A stretch of DNA of 64,000 nucleotides from Desulfatiglandales bacterium (GCA_963662465.1 OY759599.1:7232001-7296000); one strand, 5' to 3'; positions 9,366-20,222 are shown, counted from the first letter of the stretch. A program made the numbers and translations. Notes: generated by a model not told the origin, from the sequence alone.

Positions 9366-10640
9366 TTATGGTTTTAATTGATTTGGCAGAAAAAGACTGA
9401 GACCGGGCCAATAGGTAATCAACAGCAGGGTCAGCAGAAGGAGGAGGAGAAAGGGGAGGGTGGCCTTGTAAAGCCTGACCACCGGCTGATTGAATCGTGA
9501 GCTTGCGATAAAAAGATTGAGCCCCACGGGGGGGGTGTTATAGCCGATGGCCAGGTTTGCCAGAAAGATGATGCCCAAATGTACCGGATCAACCCCGAAT
9601 CGGTCGGCCAGGGGAACAATCAGGGGAACCACCACGAGAATGGCGCTGAAAATGTCCATCATGCAGCCCACCAGGATGAGAAAAATATTAAGCACCATCA
9701 AAAAACCGATTTTCGTTTCTACCAGGCCCTCCATGAATGCCAGTATTTTCATGGGAATAAAGGCGTCCACCAGATAATTGGTGAAGGCGAGGGCCGCCCC
9801 CAGAATGATCATGATGCCCCCCACCATCTGCATACTCTCCTTCATGATATCGGGTAAATCCCGGGTAAGGCTGAGTTCCCGGAACACCAGGGTTTTAATC
9901 AGCAGCACATAAACCACCGTAAGGGCCGCCGCTTCCGTGGCGGTGCAGAAGCCGGAATAGATGCCCCCCAGGATGAGGATGGGAATGGGCAACTCCCAGA
10001 CTGCCCCTTTAAACGCCGTCCAAAACTCTCTTCCCGAAAAAGCCGGTCGTGCAAGGCGCCATTTTCGTCCCATGTAAACGGAAAAGAGGCAGAGAATCCC
10101 CACCATCAGGGTTCCCGGCAGCAGTCCTGCCATAAAAAGCTGTTCGATGCTTGTGCCTGAAACAAAGCCATAGAGGATAATGGGCAGGCTCGGGGGGAAA
10201 TGGAGCCCCAGGCTTCCGGACGTGGTCATGAGCCCCAGAGAGAAGTCTTCGCTGTAATTCTCCGAGATGAGCGCTGGAAAGAGAAGTCCCCCCAGGGCAA
10301 TGATGGTGATGCCGGTGGCGCCGGTGATGGCGGTGAAAAAGGCGCATGACACCAGGGCCACGACGCCCAGGCCCCCGGGCAGCCACCCCAGAAGGCTTCT
10401 GGAAAACCGGACCAGGCGGGCGGATGTCCCCCCTTGGGCCAACAGGTATCCGGCAAAGGTAAACAGGGGGATCGCCAGTAGAATTGGCGTGTTGGCCAGC
10501 CTGAAGATTTCGATGGGGATGGCGCCGAAAGGGACGTCGCTGGTCAAAAACCCCAGCATGGCGGCCGCCAGGATACCTACAAACAGCGGCAGACCTAAGA
10601 TGATGCAGAGAATCAGGACGACCGCCATGGTGAGGATCAT
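9366..10640 (-). CDS. dctM: TRAP transporter large permease
   Basis: LLAIPLF, PPSLPIILYG, TATEAA, TPPVGLNLF. Confidence 0.95.
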   Translation of the reverse strand: MILTMAVVLILCIILGLPLFVGILAAAMLGFLTSDVPFGAIPIEIFRLANTPILLAIPLFTFAGYLLAQGGTSARLVRFSRSLLGWLPGGLGVVALVSCAFFTAITGATGITIIALGGLLFPALISENYSEDFSLGLMTTSGSLGLHFPPSLPIILYGFVSGTSIEQLFMAGLLPGTLMVGILCLFSVYMGRKWRLARPAFSGREFWTAFKGAVWELPIPILILGGIYSGFCTATEAAALTVVYVLLIKTLVFRELSLTRDLPDIMKESMQMVGGIMIILGAALAFTNYLVDAFIPMKILAFMEGLVETKIGFLMVLNIFLILVGCMMDIFSAILVVVPLIVPLADRFGVDPVHLGIIFLANLAIGYNTPPVGLNLFIASSRFNQPVVRLYKATLPFLLLLLLTLLLITYWPGLSLFLPNQLKP

Positions 10641-11164
10641 TTCAAAAAGCCTCGAAGCATCCGGGTCCCTTCATGGATGGCCTGGATCAGGAACCGGAAA
10701 AAGAGCAGAGAGAACCCCGCCGGCAGGATCAGTTGACCCACCCAGTTGGGCAGATAAAAGAGGCTTTTGCCGCCAAACTCCATCTCCATGGCCACATGAT
10801 CAACGCATACCTTGATCATGATGCCGGTGATGAAAACAGAGACCACCGCCAGAACGAACCCTCTCACCGGAAGCCATTGGGGCGGCAGGAGTGTTCCGAA
10901 GAGATCGATTTTGATGTGTTTATTTTCTCTGGTGAGGAGCGATGCCCCCAGAAACGTGAGCCACAGGACCAGCAGCTGGACCAGTGGACCGGACCAATCC
11001 AAGCGTCCCAGTACTTCATTGGCCCAGTGAAAATGCCCGTGGGTATAAAGGCTTCTAAAGCCCACTTGAACAAATGTCAGCACCACCATAGCCCAGAGCA
11101 AGCCAATGATCAACCACCCTTCAATCCTGGCCAGGATCCGGTCGATGAGCTGGAGTGTTTTCAT
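10637..11164 (-). CDS. dctQ: TRAP transporter small permease
   Basis: 4 TM segments, WLTFLGAS...HIKID. Confidence 0.9.
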   Translation of the reverse strand: MKTLQLIDRILARIEGWLIIGLLWAMVVLTFVQVGFRSLYTHGHFHWANEVLGRLDWSGPLVQLLVLWLTFLGASLLTRENKHIKIDLFGTLLPPQWLPVRGFVLAVVSVFITGIMIKVCVDHVAMEMEFGGKSLFYLPNWVGQLILPAGFSLLFFRFLIQAIHEGTRMLRGFLK

Positions 11165-11173
11165 GGGGATTTC

Positions 11174-12208
11174 CTAATTCAACATTCCTGCTGCCTCGGG
11201 TCTCTTAAGGATTTCATAAACCCGCAAAAGCAGTTCTTTGGGGTAGATGTCGCCGCAAAGCTTTCGGGCAACCGCCGTGTGAACGTGGTAAAAGGGTTTG
11301 CGCGCTTCCTCGTCAGGCGCTGGAATGACGGTAATGCCGCTGTCTTGTATGATCCGGATGGCTTCTTCACTTTGTTGGCGCAAGGTTTCGGTGAGATCCG
11401 CCATGTCGCTTACAAGGGTTTCTTGAAGCAGGGCGGCCAAATCCGGGGGCAATTTTTTGAAATACTTGGAGGAGATGAGGATGGCGCCCGTGGAGTGGAC
11501 CAGGGGCAATGCCATCATGAAGGATAGTTTCGATTGCCATTGAAGGGCCAGGGCGCCCAGCGGCGGCGCATAGACCGTATCGATCATCCCCGTGTTCAGC
11601 GCCGTGGCGACATCCGTTATGGCGAGGGGAATAGGGTTGACCCCCATGGCGACAAAGGTTTCCTTTGAAATGGGATCCCCTGCCCAGGTCCAGATTTTAA
11701 GGCCCGTGAGGTCATCCAGGGTATGGATGGCTTTCTGTGAGAAAATATTGACATTTCCCACTTCGGCCCAGGCCAGAAGCGTGAACCCTTTTTTCTGGAA
11801 TTGTTCGGCGAAAAAGGTGAAAAGCGCCTGATGAACCTGGTCTACTTCCCGGTCGTTTCTGAAAAGGTAGGGGAGATCCAGCACCCGAACCATTGGGAGG
11901 ATTTTTCCAAACCCAACCCCTGAAAAAGCGGCACACTGAATCTGACCGATCCGCATTTTCTTAAGCACGTCCAGCTCATCTCCGGCAACGCCGCCCGCAT
12001 AGATGCGAAGTCCCAGCCGACCCCCGCTTTTTTCCCTGAGTTCTTTATCGACACGCCTGATCTGTTTGACCCAGGTGCTGCCTTCCGGGGCTACCGTGGC
12101 GAACTTGATCAGATACTGGGGCTTTTTTGCGGCGAACGCAGGTGATTGGAGGCCGAAAAGGCATCCCAAACCCATGAGAAGCGACATGTAAAGTGTTGTC
12201 TTTTTCAT
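11174..12208 (-). CDS. dctP: TRAP transporter substrate-binding protein (TatP-like)
   Basis: KFATVAPEGS, DDLTGLKI, ALNTGMID; ATG 12208 with GGAGA RBS. Confidence 0.9.
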   Translation of the reverse strand: MKKTTLYMSLLMGLGCLFGLQSPAFAAKKPQYLIKFATVAPEGSTWVKQIRRVDKELREKSGGRLGLRIYAGGVAGDELDVLKKMRIGQIQCAAFSGVGFGKILPMVRVLDLPYLFRNDREVDQVHQALFTFFAEQFQKKGFTLLAWAEVGNVNIFSQKAIHTLDDLTGLKIWTWAGDPISKETFVAMGVNPIPLAITDVATALNTGMIDTVYAPPLGALALQWQSKLSFMMALPLVHSTGAILISSKYFKKLPPDLAALLQETLVSDMADLTETLRQQSEEAIRIIQDSGITVIPAPDEEARKPFYHVHTAVARKLCGDIYPKELLLRVYEILKRPEAAGMLN

Positions 12209-12243
12209 AAAATCTCCCATAAGTGACGAGTGACAAGTGACCG

Positions 12244-13092
12244 TCAAAAAAACAGTTCATCCGCCATTTCGGCGAGGGCTTTCATTTTCCCTTTGACTGC
12301 CTGGTTGATGAGGCAGGCGCCCTTCAGGTCATTGGGTGGTGTGTCGGCCACCTCTTTTACCAGGGTGAGAAACAAATCCTTGTCCTGCACCCGGACCGCA
12401 TAGTAGCGGGCATCGTAATATTGGGCCAGTAGAAATTTGCCATGACTCACGGCAATGGCTTTTTCAAAAAATACTTTGGCTTCGGGTGCGTTTCCGCCCA
12501 GCATTTTGGGGCGCGCCGCCAATATGGAGCCCATGAGAACATAGGGAGCGCCATGGTAAAATTCCGGTTCAATTTCCAGTACCCGTTCCAGACAGGCCTG
12601 GGCCGGGGTGCTCTCTCCCAGGGCCGCGGGATTGTCCAGGTTCAGATTGACCCATGCATTCCAGGCCATGGTGGTCCAGAAAAGCATTTCAACTTCCGAC
12701 GGCGTCACTTTTTTGAGTCGTTCCGAAATGCGTCGGGAATCCACCTTTTCCATGCCCATGGCCTTCAGTCCATAGGTTTTGGCGCGTAGATAGAGGTTGG
12801 ATGCTCTTTCAGGTTCCTTGTCTTCTACAAAGAGCATGGCATAACCTGTAAACCCCATGCAGAGTGCCGTCAGGATTTCTTGATTGCGAGGGTCGTTTTT
12901 AAGAAGGCCTTCCATCAGCTTAAGCTCCGCGGGAAGGGACGCTTCGGCCAGTTTCAGGTCGCATTCCTCAAAGAAAGCACTGGTAAAACCGGGAACCATG
13001 GCGGTGGCGACAGGCATGACCAACCGGGTACAACCCCCTGCTAAAAGCCCCGGCAACACCATTAAAACCAATGACAAGCAGAATCTTTTCAT
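12244..13092 (-). CDS. TRAP transporter TatT component lipoprotein (TPAT system)
   Basis: Lipobox LAGGC, all-helical, P.MLGG motif, directly upstream of dctP. Confidence 0.8.
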   Translation of the reverse strand: MKRFCLSLVLMVLPGLLAGGCTRLVMPVATAMVPGFTSAFFEECDLKLAEASLPAELKLMEGLLKNDPRNQEILTALCMGFTGYAMLFVEDKEPERASNLYLRAKTYGLKAMGMEKVDSRRISERLKKVTPSEVEMLFWTTMAWNAWVNLNLDNPAALGESTPAQACLERVLEIEPEFYHGAPYVLMGSILAARPKMLGGNAPEAKVFFEKAIAVSHGKFLLAQYYDARYYAVRVQDKDLFLTLVKEVADTPPNDLKGACLINQAVKGKMKALAEMADELFF

Positions 13093-13133
13093 AATTTATG
13101 CCTGAATGGAAACTCCAAAATATAGCTTTTCAA

Positions 13134-13181
13134 TAAACCTAAAACCTAAAACTTAAAACTTAAAACTTAAAACTTAAAACC
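13134..13181. repeat. Heptamer tandem array (TAAAACY)x6 plus partial unit
   Basis: Directly visible; starts 8 nt past the stop of the TPR gene. Confidence 0.95.
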
Positions 13182-13189
13182 GTGCCTGA

Positions 13190-14413
13190 TTAATACCCGA
13201 TGAATGGATCTTTTGGGCCAATGGGCTCTTTCAACAGCTTGTCCGCTACAAACTGGGCGCCTGCGCCGTTTTCCATGTTGAACACCTGGTTGTAATAGCC
13301 AAGTGCCCGATCCCTGTTTCCGCTAAGGTCATAGCTCATCCCCAGCTTGATGAGGGGCCAGGCGATCATGGCCGGGTCATGCACAGGATCGGGATTTTTC
13401 AGGATTTCTTCCAGACTGGATCTTGCTTTGGTGTAGCGCCCTTGATAGAGATCGTTTATGGATTCAAGATAAAGTGCCCGTTTTTTCCAAATGGCGGCGG
13501 TTTCAGGCGATGGCGCTTTACGGCTTCTGGTTAACAGGTTTTGCAACACTTCCCGGTATTGGCGATCTTTGCCCATGCGAATAAAACAGACCCCTTCAAG
13601 GGTTTTGAGTCTGGGATTGTTCGGATAACGGTTTGATAATTCGGCGGCAAACGCCAGGGCCTCCGGAAAGTTCTGTTCGGAAAAGAGTTCGATATAAAGG
13701 AGGACGCTTTTGGCTTCCGTTGATGAATAGGTGGCGTGTAATGCCGCCTCGTTCAACTTTTTGAGCCCCTCTTTTCGGTCGCCCCGGTGCAGGAGAAAAT
13801 AGGTCAAAAATTTCAGAACCCCTGACAGTCGGGCCGTATAATAATCGAAGGTGCCGATTCCCAGCAGCACATCCTTGTTGTCCGGCGCCATTTCCCGGCA
13901 GGTCTTGAGGGCGCTGATGGCATCCGAGGCCAGAAGAAATGACGAAAACATATTGCCTTTCATGAGTTCAAAGCGGCCCTTGAATCCCAGCGCCCCGCCA
14001 AGATAGAAAAAATCGTAACTGTTTGCGCCCTTGCCGTCAACACGGGTCTGTGCAACTTCGATAGCCCGATCGATCCGCCTTTTGAACTCCGTTACCATCT
14101 CGGGGGTCCAAAAACCCGCGGCCAGTCTGGACCATGTGATCATGGCCAGGTAAAAATAGCCGCCGGGGTCTTGGGGGTTGTCCGTGGTCATTTCCTTAAA
14201 CAGTGCTTCGGCATCCGTGAACCGGCGATCGTAAATCATGTTGATGCCGGCCAATATCCGCTGGTTTCCCTGAAACGTCGGGATGGGCGGATTATCCTTT
14301 GTTTCAAAGCCATGGAGGTGATGAAGTGAAACGCCTGGAGAAAATAGGAAGAGAAAGATAACGGCGATGAAGAAGATGCATTGGCGTCTGATTCTCGGGG
14401 TTATATTTTTCAT
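13190..14413 (-). CDS. Tetratricopeptide-repeat protein, exported
   Basis: N-terminal hydrophobic segment, repeated helical TPR-like patterns. Confidence 0.7.
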   Translation of the reverse strand: MKNITPRIRRQCIFFIAVIFLFLFSPGVSLHHLHGFETKDNPPIPTFQGNQRILAGINMIYDRRFTDAEALFKEMTTDNPQDPGGYFYLAMITWSRLAAGFWTPEMVTEFKRRIDRAIEVAQTRVDGKGANSYDFFYLGGALGFKGRFELMKGNMFSSFLLASDAISALKTCREMAPDNKDVLLGIGTFDYYTARLSGVLKFLTYFLLHRGDRKEGLKKLNEAALHATYSSTEAKSVLLYIELFSEQNFPEALAFAAELSNRYPNNPRLKTLEGVCFIRMGKDRQYREVLQNLLTRSRKAPSPETAAIWKKRALYLESINDLYQGRYTKARSSLEEILKNPDPVHDPAMIAWPLIKLGMSYDLSGNRDRALGYYNQVFNMENGAGAQFVADKLLKEPIGPKDPFIGY

Positions 14414-14706
14414 GAAGGGTTTGGGCCTCTACCCGGGCGCATTCTTTCGTACGGTCACGTACTGCCGTTCATTCAAAGTAGGTTACATGAGCCCATGCTT
14501 TTGTGCAAGCTTTGAATGGGATAGACCCTATTTTCCCCAAGTGAACCCCATGTTCCGGAGAGAATCTGTTTTGTGAATGAATCCTGAAAGAATTTATGGT
14601 TTTTTTTTATTTGTGTATTAACTTCTACCGTTAATTGTTTGAATTGGTGAAAGAAATCTCAAGGGAAGGATTGCCTGACGGGAAAAATATTACGGCGAGG
14701 ATCAAG

Positions 14707-15585
14707 ATGAAGATACTCATTTTTGGCGCTTCGGGTGGGCTGGGAAGCGATTGCAGAAAGGTTCTGGGGCTGGAGCATGAGGTGATTTGCCCCAGCAAGG
14801 AGGATGTCAATATTGTCAGTTGGGATGTGGTTATCGAAGCTTTTGATTCCTTGGACCCGGATATTGTCCTCAATTGTGTTGGGTTAACGGATCTTGAGGC
14901 CTGTGAAACCGATGCCTTTACCGTTAAAAAGGTCAACGTTGAGGGTCCCAGGAATCTGGCCCAGTCCTCCGCCAGGTTTGGCTGCAAAATTGTGCATGTG
15001 TCCTGCGGGGACGTGTTTGACGGGCGGAAAGGGATGCCGCAGCCGTATTTTGAAGATGATGCGCCAAACCCGTTTTCCGCCTACGGAAAAAGTAAGCTGG
15101 AGAGTGAAACAGCCGTTCGCGGCAACTCTCCGAACTATATTATTGTTCGCTCCAATTGGCTATACGGCATTCATGGCAACAATTTCGTTAAATCCGTTGT
15201 GCAACAGGCAGTTTGCGGGGGGGAGGCGCCCATTCGGGCGGCCGACGACCAGTTTGGCGCGCCTACCTGGAACCATAGATTGGCGTTGCAGATCAGGGAG
15301 TTGCTGAACAAAGACGGCCGGGGATCATACCATGCCACGGCTTACGGTTACTGCAGTCGTTTTGAATTGGCTCAGTATGTTGTAAACAAGTTGCATCTAA
15401 AGGCGTCTATTGAGCCTTGCAGTCTGAAGACATTAAATGGGGGGCATTTGTTGCCGGTCAATGGCCTCCTTGAAAACAGGCTTTCAAAGAAACAGGGAGT
15501 CAATGTGATGGCGCCCTGGAAAAAGGACCTGGATATATTTCTTGAGGAGTACGGAGATCAGCTTATCGAAGAAGCCAAAGCATGA
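14707..15585 (+). CDS. rfbD: dTDP-4-dehydrorhamnose reductase
   Basis: GASGGLG Rossmann motif, [17 protein letters not shown]. Confidence 0.85.
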   Translation: MKILIFGASGGLGSDCRKVLGLEHEVICPSKEDVNIVSWDVVIEAFDSLDPDIVLNCVGLTDLEACETDAFTVKKVNVEGPRNLAQSSARFGCKIVHVSCGDVFDGRKGMPQPYFEDDAPNPFSAYGKSKLESETAVRGNSPNYIIVRSNWLYGIHGNNFVKSVVQQAVCGGEAPIRAADDQFGAPTWNHRLALQIRELLNKDGRGSYHATAYGYCSRFELAQYVVNKLHLKASIEPCSLKTLNGGHLLPVNGLLENRLSKKQGVNVMAPWKKDLDIFLEEYGDQLIEEAKA

Positions 15586-16037
15586 TGAAAGTATTGCTGT
15601 CGATTCTGGGGCTTGCCTATCTGGTCAGCCCCTACGATCTTTTTCCGGATTTTTTTGTCGGTGTGGGGTGGCTGGATGACCTGGTGGTACTGGGAGCGCT
15701 CTGGTGGTATTTGTATGTTTATAAGCGCAAGCAAAACGGTTACGAAAATGTGGGCGCCGGTGAGGATCAACAGCAGGCTCGGACATCCCGGAGCGATAAT
15801 GGGGGTTCGGACCCGTCGCAAAAAGAAAAGGCCTCTTCCACCCGAGCGAAGGACCCCTATACCATACTCAATGTGAACCGGAACGCTTCCCAGAAAGAAA
15901 TCAGGGCGGCATACCGGACGCTTGCCGGTCAGTATCATCCGGACAAGGTGTCGCACCTGGGAGAGGAATTCAGGGAACTGGCTGAAAATCGGTTCAAGGA
16001 GATCCAGGCCGCTTATGAGGCATTAAGGGTCAAATAG
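15582..16037 (+). CDS. DUF1232 plus DnaJ domain protein
   Basis: [17 protein letters not shown]-domain YHPDK. Confidence 0.85.
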   Translation: MMKVLLSILGLAYLVSPYDLFPDFFVGVGWLDDLVVLGALWWYLYVYKRKQNGYENVGAGEDQQQARTSRSDNGGSDPSQKEKASSTRAKDPYTILNVNRNASQKEIRAAYRTLAGQYHPDKVSHLGEEFRELAENRFKEIQAAYEALRVK

Positions 16038-17945
16038 CGCGCCCCAGCACCCCGCCCTCATAGATGGCCGCCTTGGCGCTTCTCGGTTCAAGGCAGTCGC
16101 CGATGCGGTGGACTTCATAACCCATTGATTTTATATCGTTGAAAAGGCTTTCATCCGGTTTGTTTCCGATTGAGAAGACCACATGATCTGCGGGAAGGGT
16201 GGTCTGTCCACCGTCCTTTTCGGAAATGACCACCCCATTGCTGAGAACACGGATCAGTCTGCAATGGGTCTTGAAGGATACATGGTTTTCCTTGAGTTTT
16301 CTTATCAGGATCTTTTTGGTCATGCTTTCCAGTTTCGTCCCCAGCTTGGGAAGCATTTCCACAATGGTCACTTGATAACCGGTTTCTGAAAGATGAAGGG
16401 CGATTTCACAACCGGTGGGACCTCCCCCCACCACAACGATTTTTTTTCCTGCTCTCCTTTGCCCGTTCAGGGCGTCATGGATTGAGATCACAAGGGGGTT
16501 GTCAATCCCTTCTACGGGGGGATAGATCGGCACGGACCCGGTGGCCAGGACGACCACGTCAGGTGCGTGGGTTTTCAGGGTGTCGGGGGTTACCTCCTCG
16601 TTTAGATGGCATGCTACTCCGAACCGCTCCATCTGTTTTATCTGGAACCGGATCAGCTTGCGAAGTTCTTTTTTGTAGTGGGTGACGCTTCCCAGTATCA
16701 ACTGCCCGCCCAGTTGGGACCCTCTTTCAAACAGATGTACATCGTGTCCCCGTCTGGCCGCCACCCATGCCACATTCAAACCACCGGGGCCGGCGCCGAC
16801 AACCATCACTTTTTTGATGGTTTTGGCAGGATGAAAGGCCATTTCCTTCTCGCGCCCCAGGGTTGGGTTGACCAGGCACTCCACCCGGCCTTTTCTGAAA
16901 ATGGATTCCATACAGGTGTTGCAGGCAATGCAGGTCCTGATATCGTCCAGGCGGCCTTCCCTGGCTTTATTGGGCATTTCGGGATCCGCCAGCAGTCCCC
17001 GACCCATGCAGACAAGATCAGCCTTTCCGGTTTTGATGATCTCTTCCGCGAGCAGGGGATCGTTTATTCTTCCCACCGCCATGATGGGGACATCCAATTC
17101 CTTTTTGATGGCCCAGGCGAAGTCCGTGAGACATGCCTTTTCCATGAACATGGGTTGGCAGATCCATTCCGGGGTCGCATCATTGCCGGCGGATACCTGT
17201 ATGACGTCAACCCCCTCTTTTACGAGAATCTTCAGAATTTCAAGGCTTTCCTCAACCGTAAGGCCGTCTTTTACAAATTCAACGGCGCTGATTTTAAAAG
17301 AGATGGGGAATGCTTTACCCACCCGTTTTCGAACTTCTTGAACGATTTCTTGAGCAAACCGTGTCCGGCCCACGATATCCCCCCCGTATGCGTCCTGCCG
17401 GATATTGGAAAACCGGGATAGAAACTGGTTGATCAGATATCCGTGGGCCCCATGAATCTCGATAAGTTCAAACCCTGCTTGCAGGGCGCGGTTCGCCGCA
17501 TCGCCGAATTTTTGCACCAGTTCCTGAATGCCGTTCACCGTGAGGGGCGTCACTTCTCCCCGAATGGAGGGGCAGGGAAGGGGCGAGGGGGCGACGGGTT
17601 GTCCGTTAATGACCTTGGCGGAGGTCTGCCGGCCGCCATGGTGAATCTGGACCGCGGGAACAGCGCCTTCCGACTTCATGGCCTGAGCAATTTTTGAAAG
17701 TCCCTCTACAAACCGATCGTCAAAGATCCTGGCCTGATGGGGGGAAACGATGCCTTCCGGTGAGACGGCGCAGGCCTCCATAATGACCATGCAGGACCCC
17801 CGGCGGCTCTGCGTCGATAATGTTCAATGGCTTCCTGAGGAATGGACCCGTCATTTTCGATCAAAAATGAGGCCAGACCGGGCATGACGATCCTGTTTTT
17901 GAGTTGGCGTCCTTTGATTGAAAACGTGGAAAATAGATGTTCCAT
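16030..17945 (-). pseudogene. NADH:flavin oxidoreductase (OYE family with FeS and FAD domains), frameshifted
   Basis: N-terminus LKNRIVM in 17706..17945 frame; body with HGAHGYL, CIACNTC, GAGPGG in 16030..17790 frame; one base missing near 17792. Confidence 0.85.
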
Positions 17946-18097
17946 GATGATGGCGTTTTGCCTCCTTGAGTGACACGGTTCAGGAAGGGGGAAGTATAGG
18001 AAAACCGTACGGAAGTTGTCAAATAAAAACCCGAAATGTCGGCAACTCCGTTTTTTGAAGGGGAATCCCTTGGGGCGGGTTTTTTCTTTCTAATGGG

Positions 18098-19117
18098 CTA
18101 TTTATTCCACAGCGGCGGCGCCCCGGGTCTTTGGATGATCAGGGCTTCCGCATTCCAGGGTGTGGGATGAGATTTTTTCCTCCCCCTCAGTTCACAGGCA
18201 TAGCGGCGGCACACCGGGCAGTCGGGATCTGCACATGGGTCCAGGTGGACCAGGGCTTTGGCCCTGCCTTCAAAATAGCCCTCAATGACCGCTTCCGCTT
18301 CTTCGGCTTCTATGTGCGCTTCCGCCAGGGTGAAATCTCTGGGTAGAATCATGTGAAGGCTTACGTTTATGAAACTGCCCGAACGAAAGGCCCTGAGTTC
18401 ATGTATCCCTACCCAATTGTCTTTGCGGTGTTTCTCTAGAAGTGAAGAAATTTCTTCCAGAAGCTCCGGCTCGGCTTTGTCCATGAGCCCCGCGGAAGAT
18501 TTTTTTATCAGCATGATGCCGGTATAAAGAATACTGAAACCCACCATGCAGGCTGTGGCGCCATCCAGCCAGTAGATTCCTGTCAGGTGTACCAGTAAAA
18601 GGCCAATCAGAACGCCGGCAGAAGTATATACATCGGTCAGGATATGTTTTCCATCGGCGGTGAGGGCCATGGAATGGGCTGTGTTTCCTACCCGAACAAG
18701 AGTGAGCCCCAGGATGAGGTTTACCAGCCCTGCTCCCAGAAGTATGAATAGACCGTCCGTAAGGTTCGGGAGTTGTTGTGGATGAAAAAGGTGGTCCCAT
18801 CCGGTTTTGAAAATGCCGATGGCGGCAATGATGATCAGTGCGCCTTCGAATCCGGCGGAGAAATATTCTACTTTCCCGTGTCCGTAGGGGTGGTTTTTAT
18901 CCGGAGGTCTGGCGGCCATAACAATGCTGCCCAGAGCAAATGCGCTTGCGACCACATTGATGATGGATTCAAGTGCGTCCGAGAAAACGGCGGAAGAACG
19001 GGTGAGATGAAAGGCGTAGAATTTGGCGGCCATCAGGACTGCACCAACGGTGAATGACAGGCTGATGGCCATCAGGCGAGCTTTGAAATGCTTTTCCGTG
19101 GCTGTTTTCTCTTTCAA
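18098..19117 (-). CDS. Cation diffusion facilitator family transporter
   Basis: SDALES, PPDKNHPYGHGKVE, ADGKHILTD. Confidence 0.92.
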   Translation of the reverse strand: MKEKTATEKHFKARLMAISLSFTVGAVLMAAKFYAFHLTRSSAVFSDALESIINVVASAFALGSIVMAARPPDKNHPYGHGKVEYFSAGFEGALIIIAAIGIFKTGWDHLFHPQQLPNLTDGLFILLGAGLVNLILGLTLVRVGNTAHSMALTADGKHILTDVYTSAGVLIGLLLVHLTGIYWLDGATACMVGFSILYTGIMLIKKSSAGLMDKAEPELLEEISSLLEKHRKDNWVGIHELRAFRSGSFINVSLHMILPRDFTLAEAHIEAEEAEAVIEGYFEGRAKALVHLDPCADPDCPVCRRYACELRGRKKSHPTPWNAEALIIQRPGAPPLWNK

Positions 19118-19166
19118 TTCCAGACCCGGGTCAACCGGCAGTGTTCAAGGATTAAAATGGGAAAAA

Positions 19167-19616
19167 TCAATGGCCCGAAAAGTAAAGCGGATGAAACTGC
19201 TTTACCAGATTCCTCAGCTTTTCAACGTTTTGGAGGTCCGTTGTTTGTTTGCATTTCATGCTGTAAACGAGGATTTGTTGGAGTATGGAGAGCATTTGAT
19301 GATAATCTTTAACCTCCGGTTTGATTCTCTGTGTCATGAAATATTGCGCCACCATGGCCTGAATTTCGGTTGCATGATGTTCTTTATTCATGATCCATCG
19401 CACCAGCTGGTTGAAATCGGGAACTTTCTCTTTTTCAATGATGGTAATTTGCTTCATTGACTTTTCAATAGTGGTAATATGCTCAAGAATCATGTTGATT
19501 CTGGCCTGGTCATCGTAAATCCCACAGGGAATCTCGCAGTGCGCGAACGCAGTGCCGACCAAAATAATAAAACAACACACGCCGACCCAGGACTGGAACA
19601 GATGCTTTTTCATCAT
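19167..19616 (-). CDS. sodN: Nickel superoxide dismutase with signal peptide
   Basis: Ni-hook HCEIPCGIYD directly after AFA cleavage-like site; KEHHA motif. Confidence 0.9.
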   Translation of the reverse strand: MMKKHLFQSWVGVCCFIILVGTAFAHCEIPCGIYDDQARINMILEHITTIEKSMKQITIIEKEKVPDFNQLVRWIMNKEHHATEIQAMVAQYFMTQRIKPEVKDYHQMLSILQQILVYSMKCKQTTDLQNVEKLRNLVKQFHPLYFSGH

Positions 19617-19753
19617 GACCTCCTTTTTCTCAATTGATTTTGCGGCTGAGTTTTCATCTTCGCATTGTTTATGCATCTCATATCATCTGAGTCTTGTCAA
19701 GCCTGCTAAACCCACCCCTTTGACAAGAACGGCCATATCGGAGTGTTCAGGCC

Positions 19754-19783
19754 CGGCAAAAAACGGTACAGCGCAAATCTTCC
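19754..19783 (+). mobile_element. Orphan IS end related to the IS at 54597..56539
   Basis: 19-bp exact match AAAAACGGTACAGCGCAAA to 56515-56533. Confidence 0.6.
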
Positions 19784-19834
19784 CCTAATTTCCCATATTG
19801 ACAGGTCAAAACGATTTCGTTTACTATATTTTCC

Positions 19835-20035
19835 ATGAAACTCAGCAATAAACAGAAAGAATACATCGGCAAGTTCCTCTTAGACATTTCGAAGATAATA
19901 CTGGCCGTCTTTGTTATTGGAGGCTTACTTCCAGAATCGAGAATCACTGGTCTACAAATATTCGTTGCTATTATGGAAGCCGTAGTCATTTTTGTAGGAG
20001 GTCTTTTTTTTCTTCAAGGAGGAAACAATGGTTAA
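19835..20035 (+). CDS. Small two-TM membrane protein (DUF6722-like)
   Basis: KEYIGKFLLDISK pattern, low GC. Confidence 0.55.
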   Translation: MKLSNKQKEYIGKFLLDISKIILAVFVIGGLLPESRITGLQIFVAIMEAVVIFVGGLFFLQGGNNG

Positions 20036-20129
20036 CACAATCCTCATTATTTTAGGGGTCATTGCTTTATTAAGTATTCTTTTTGGGGTGTGGGCAAGTC
20101 AGAGTGAAAAGCGGAAAGACAAACCATGA
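20028..20129 (+). CDS. 33-aa single-TM peptide (not in ORF track)
   Basis: AGGAGG RBS; MVNTILIILGVIALLSILFGVWASQSEKRKDKP; overlaps upstream gene. Confidence 0.6.
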   Translation: MVNTILIILGVIALLSILFGVWASQSEKRKDKP

Positions 20130-20195
20130 CCCTCCACGCTGGTGCAATGTGACCTGTGGCTTGTCCTTTCTTTCGGTGCTTGGACAGCATCAGCA

Positions 20196-20222
20196 GGGCA
20201 GGCACAGGGGCGTGCCCCTACA
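20196..20222 (-). repeat. GTAG-type REP-like palindrome
   Basis: Minus strand GTAGGGGCACGCCCCTGTGCCTGCCC; degenerate partner near 20141-20166. Confidence 0.6.

Noticed and set aside
16030..17945. Assignment as naphthoyl-CoA or other specific reductase; programmed frameshift
   Set aside because: Family motifs do not fix the substrate; no slippery sequence at the break
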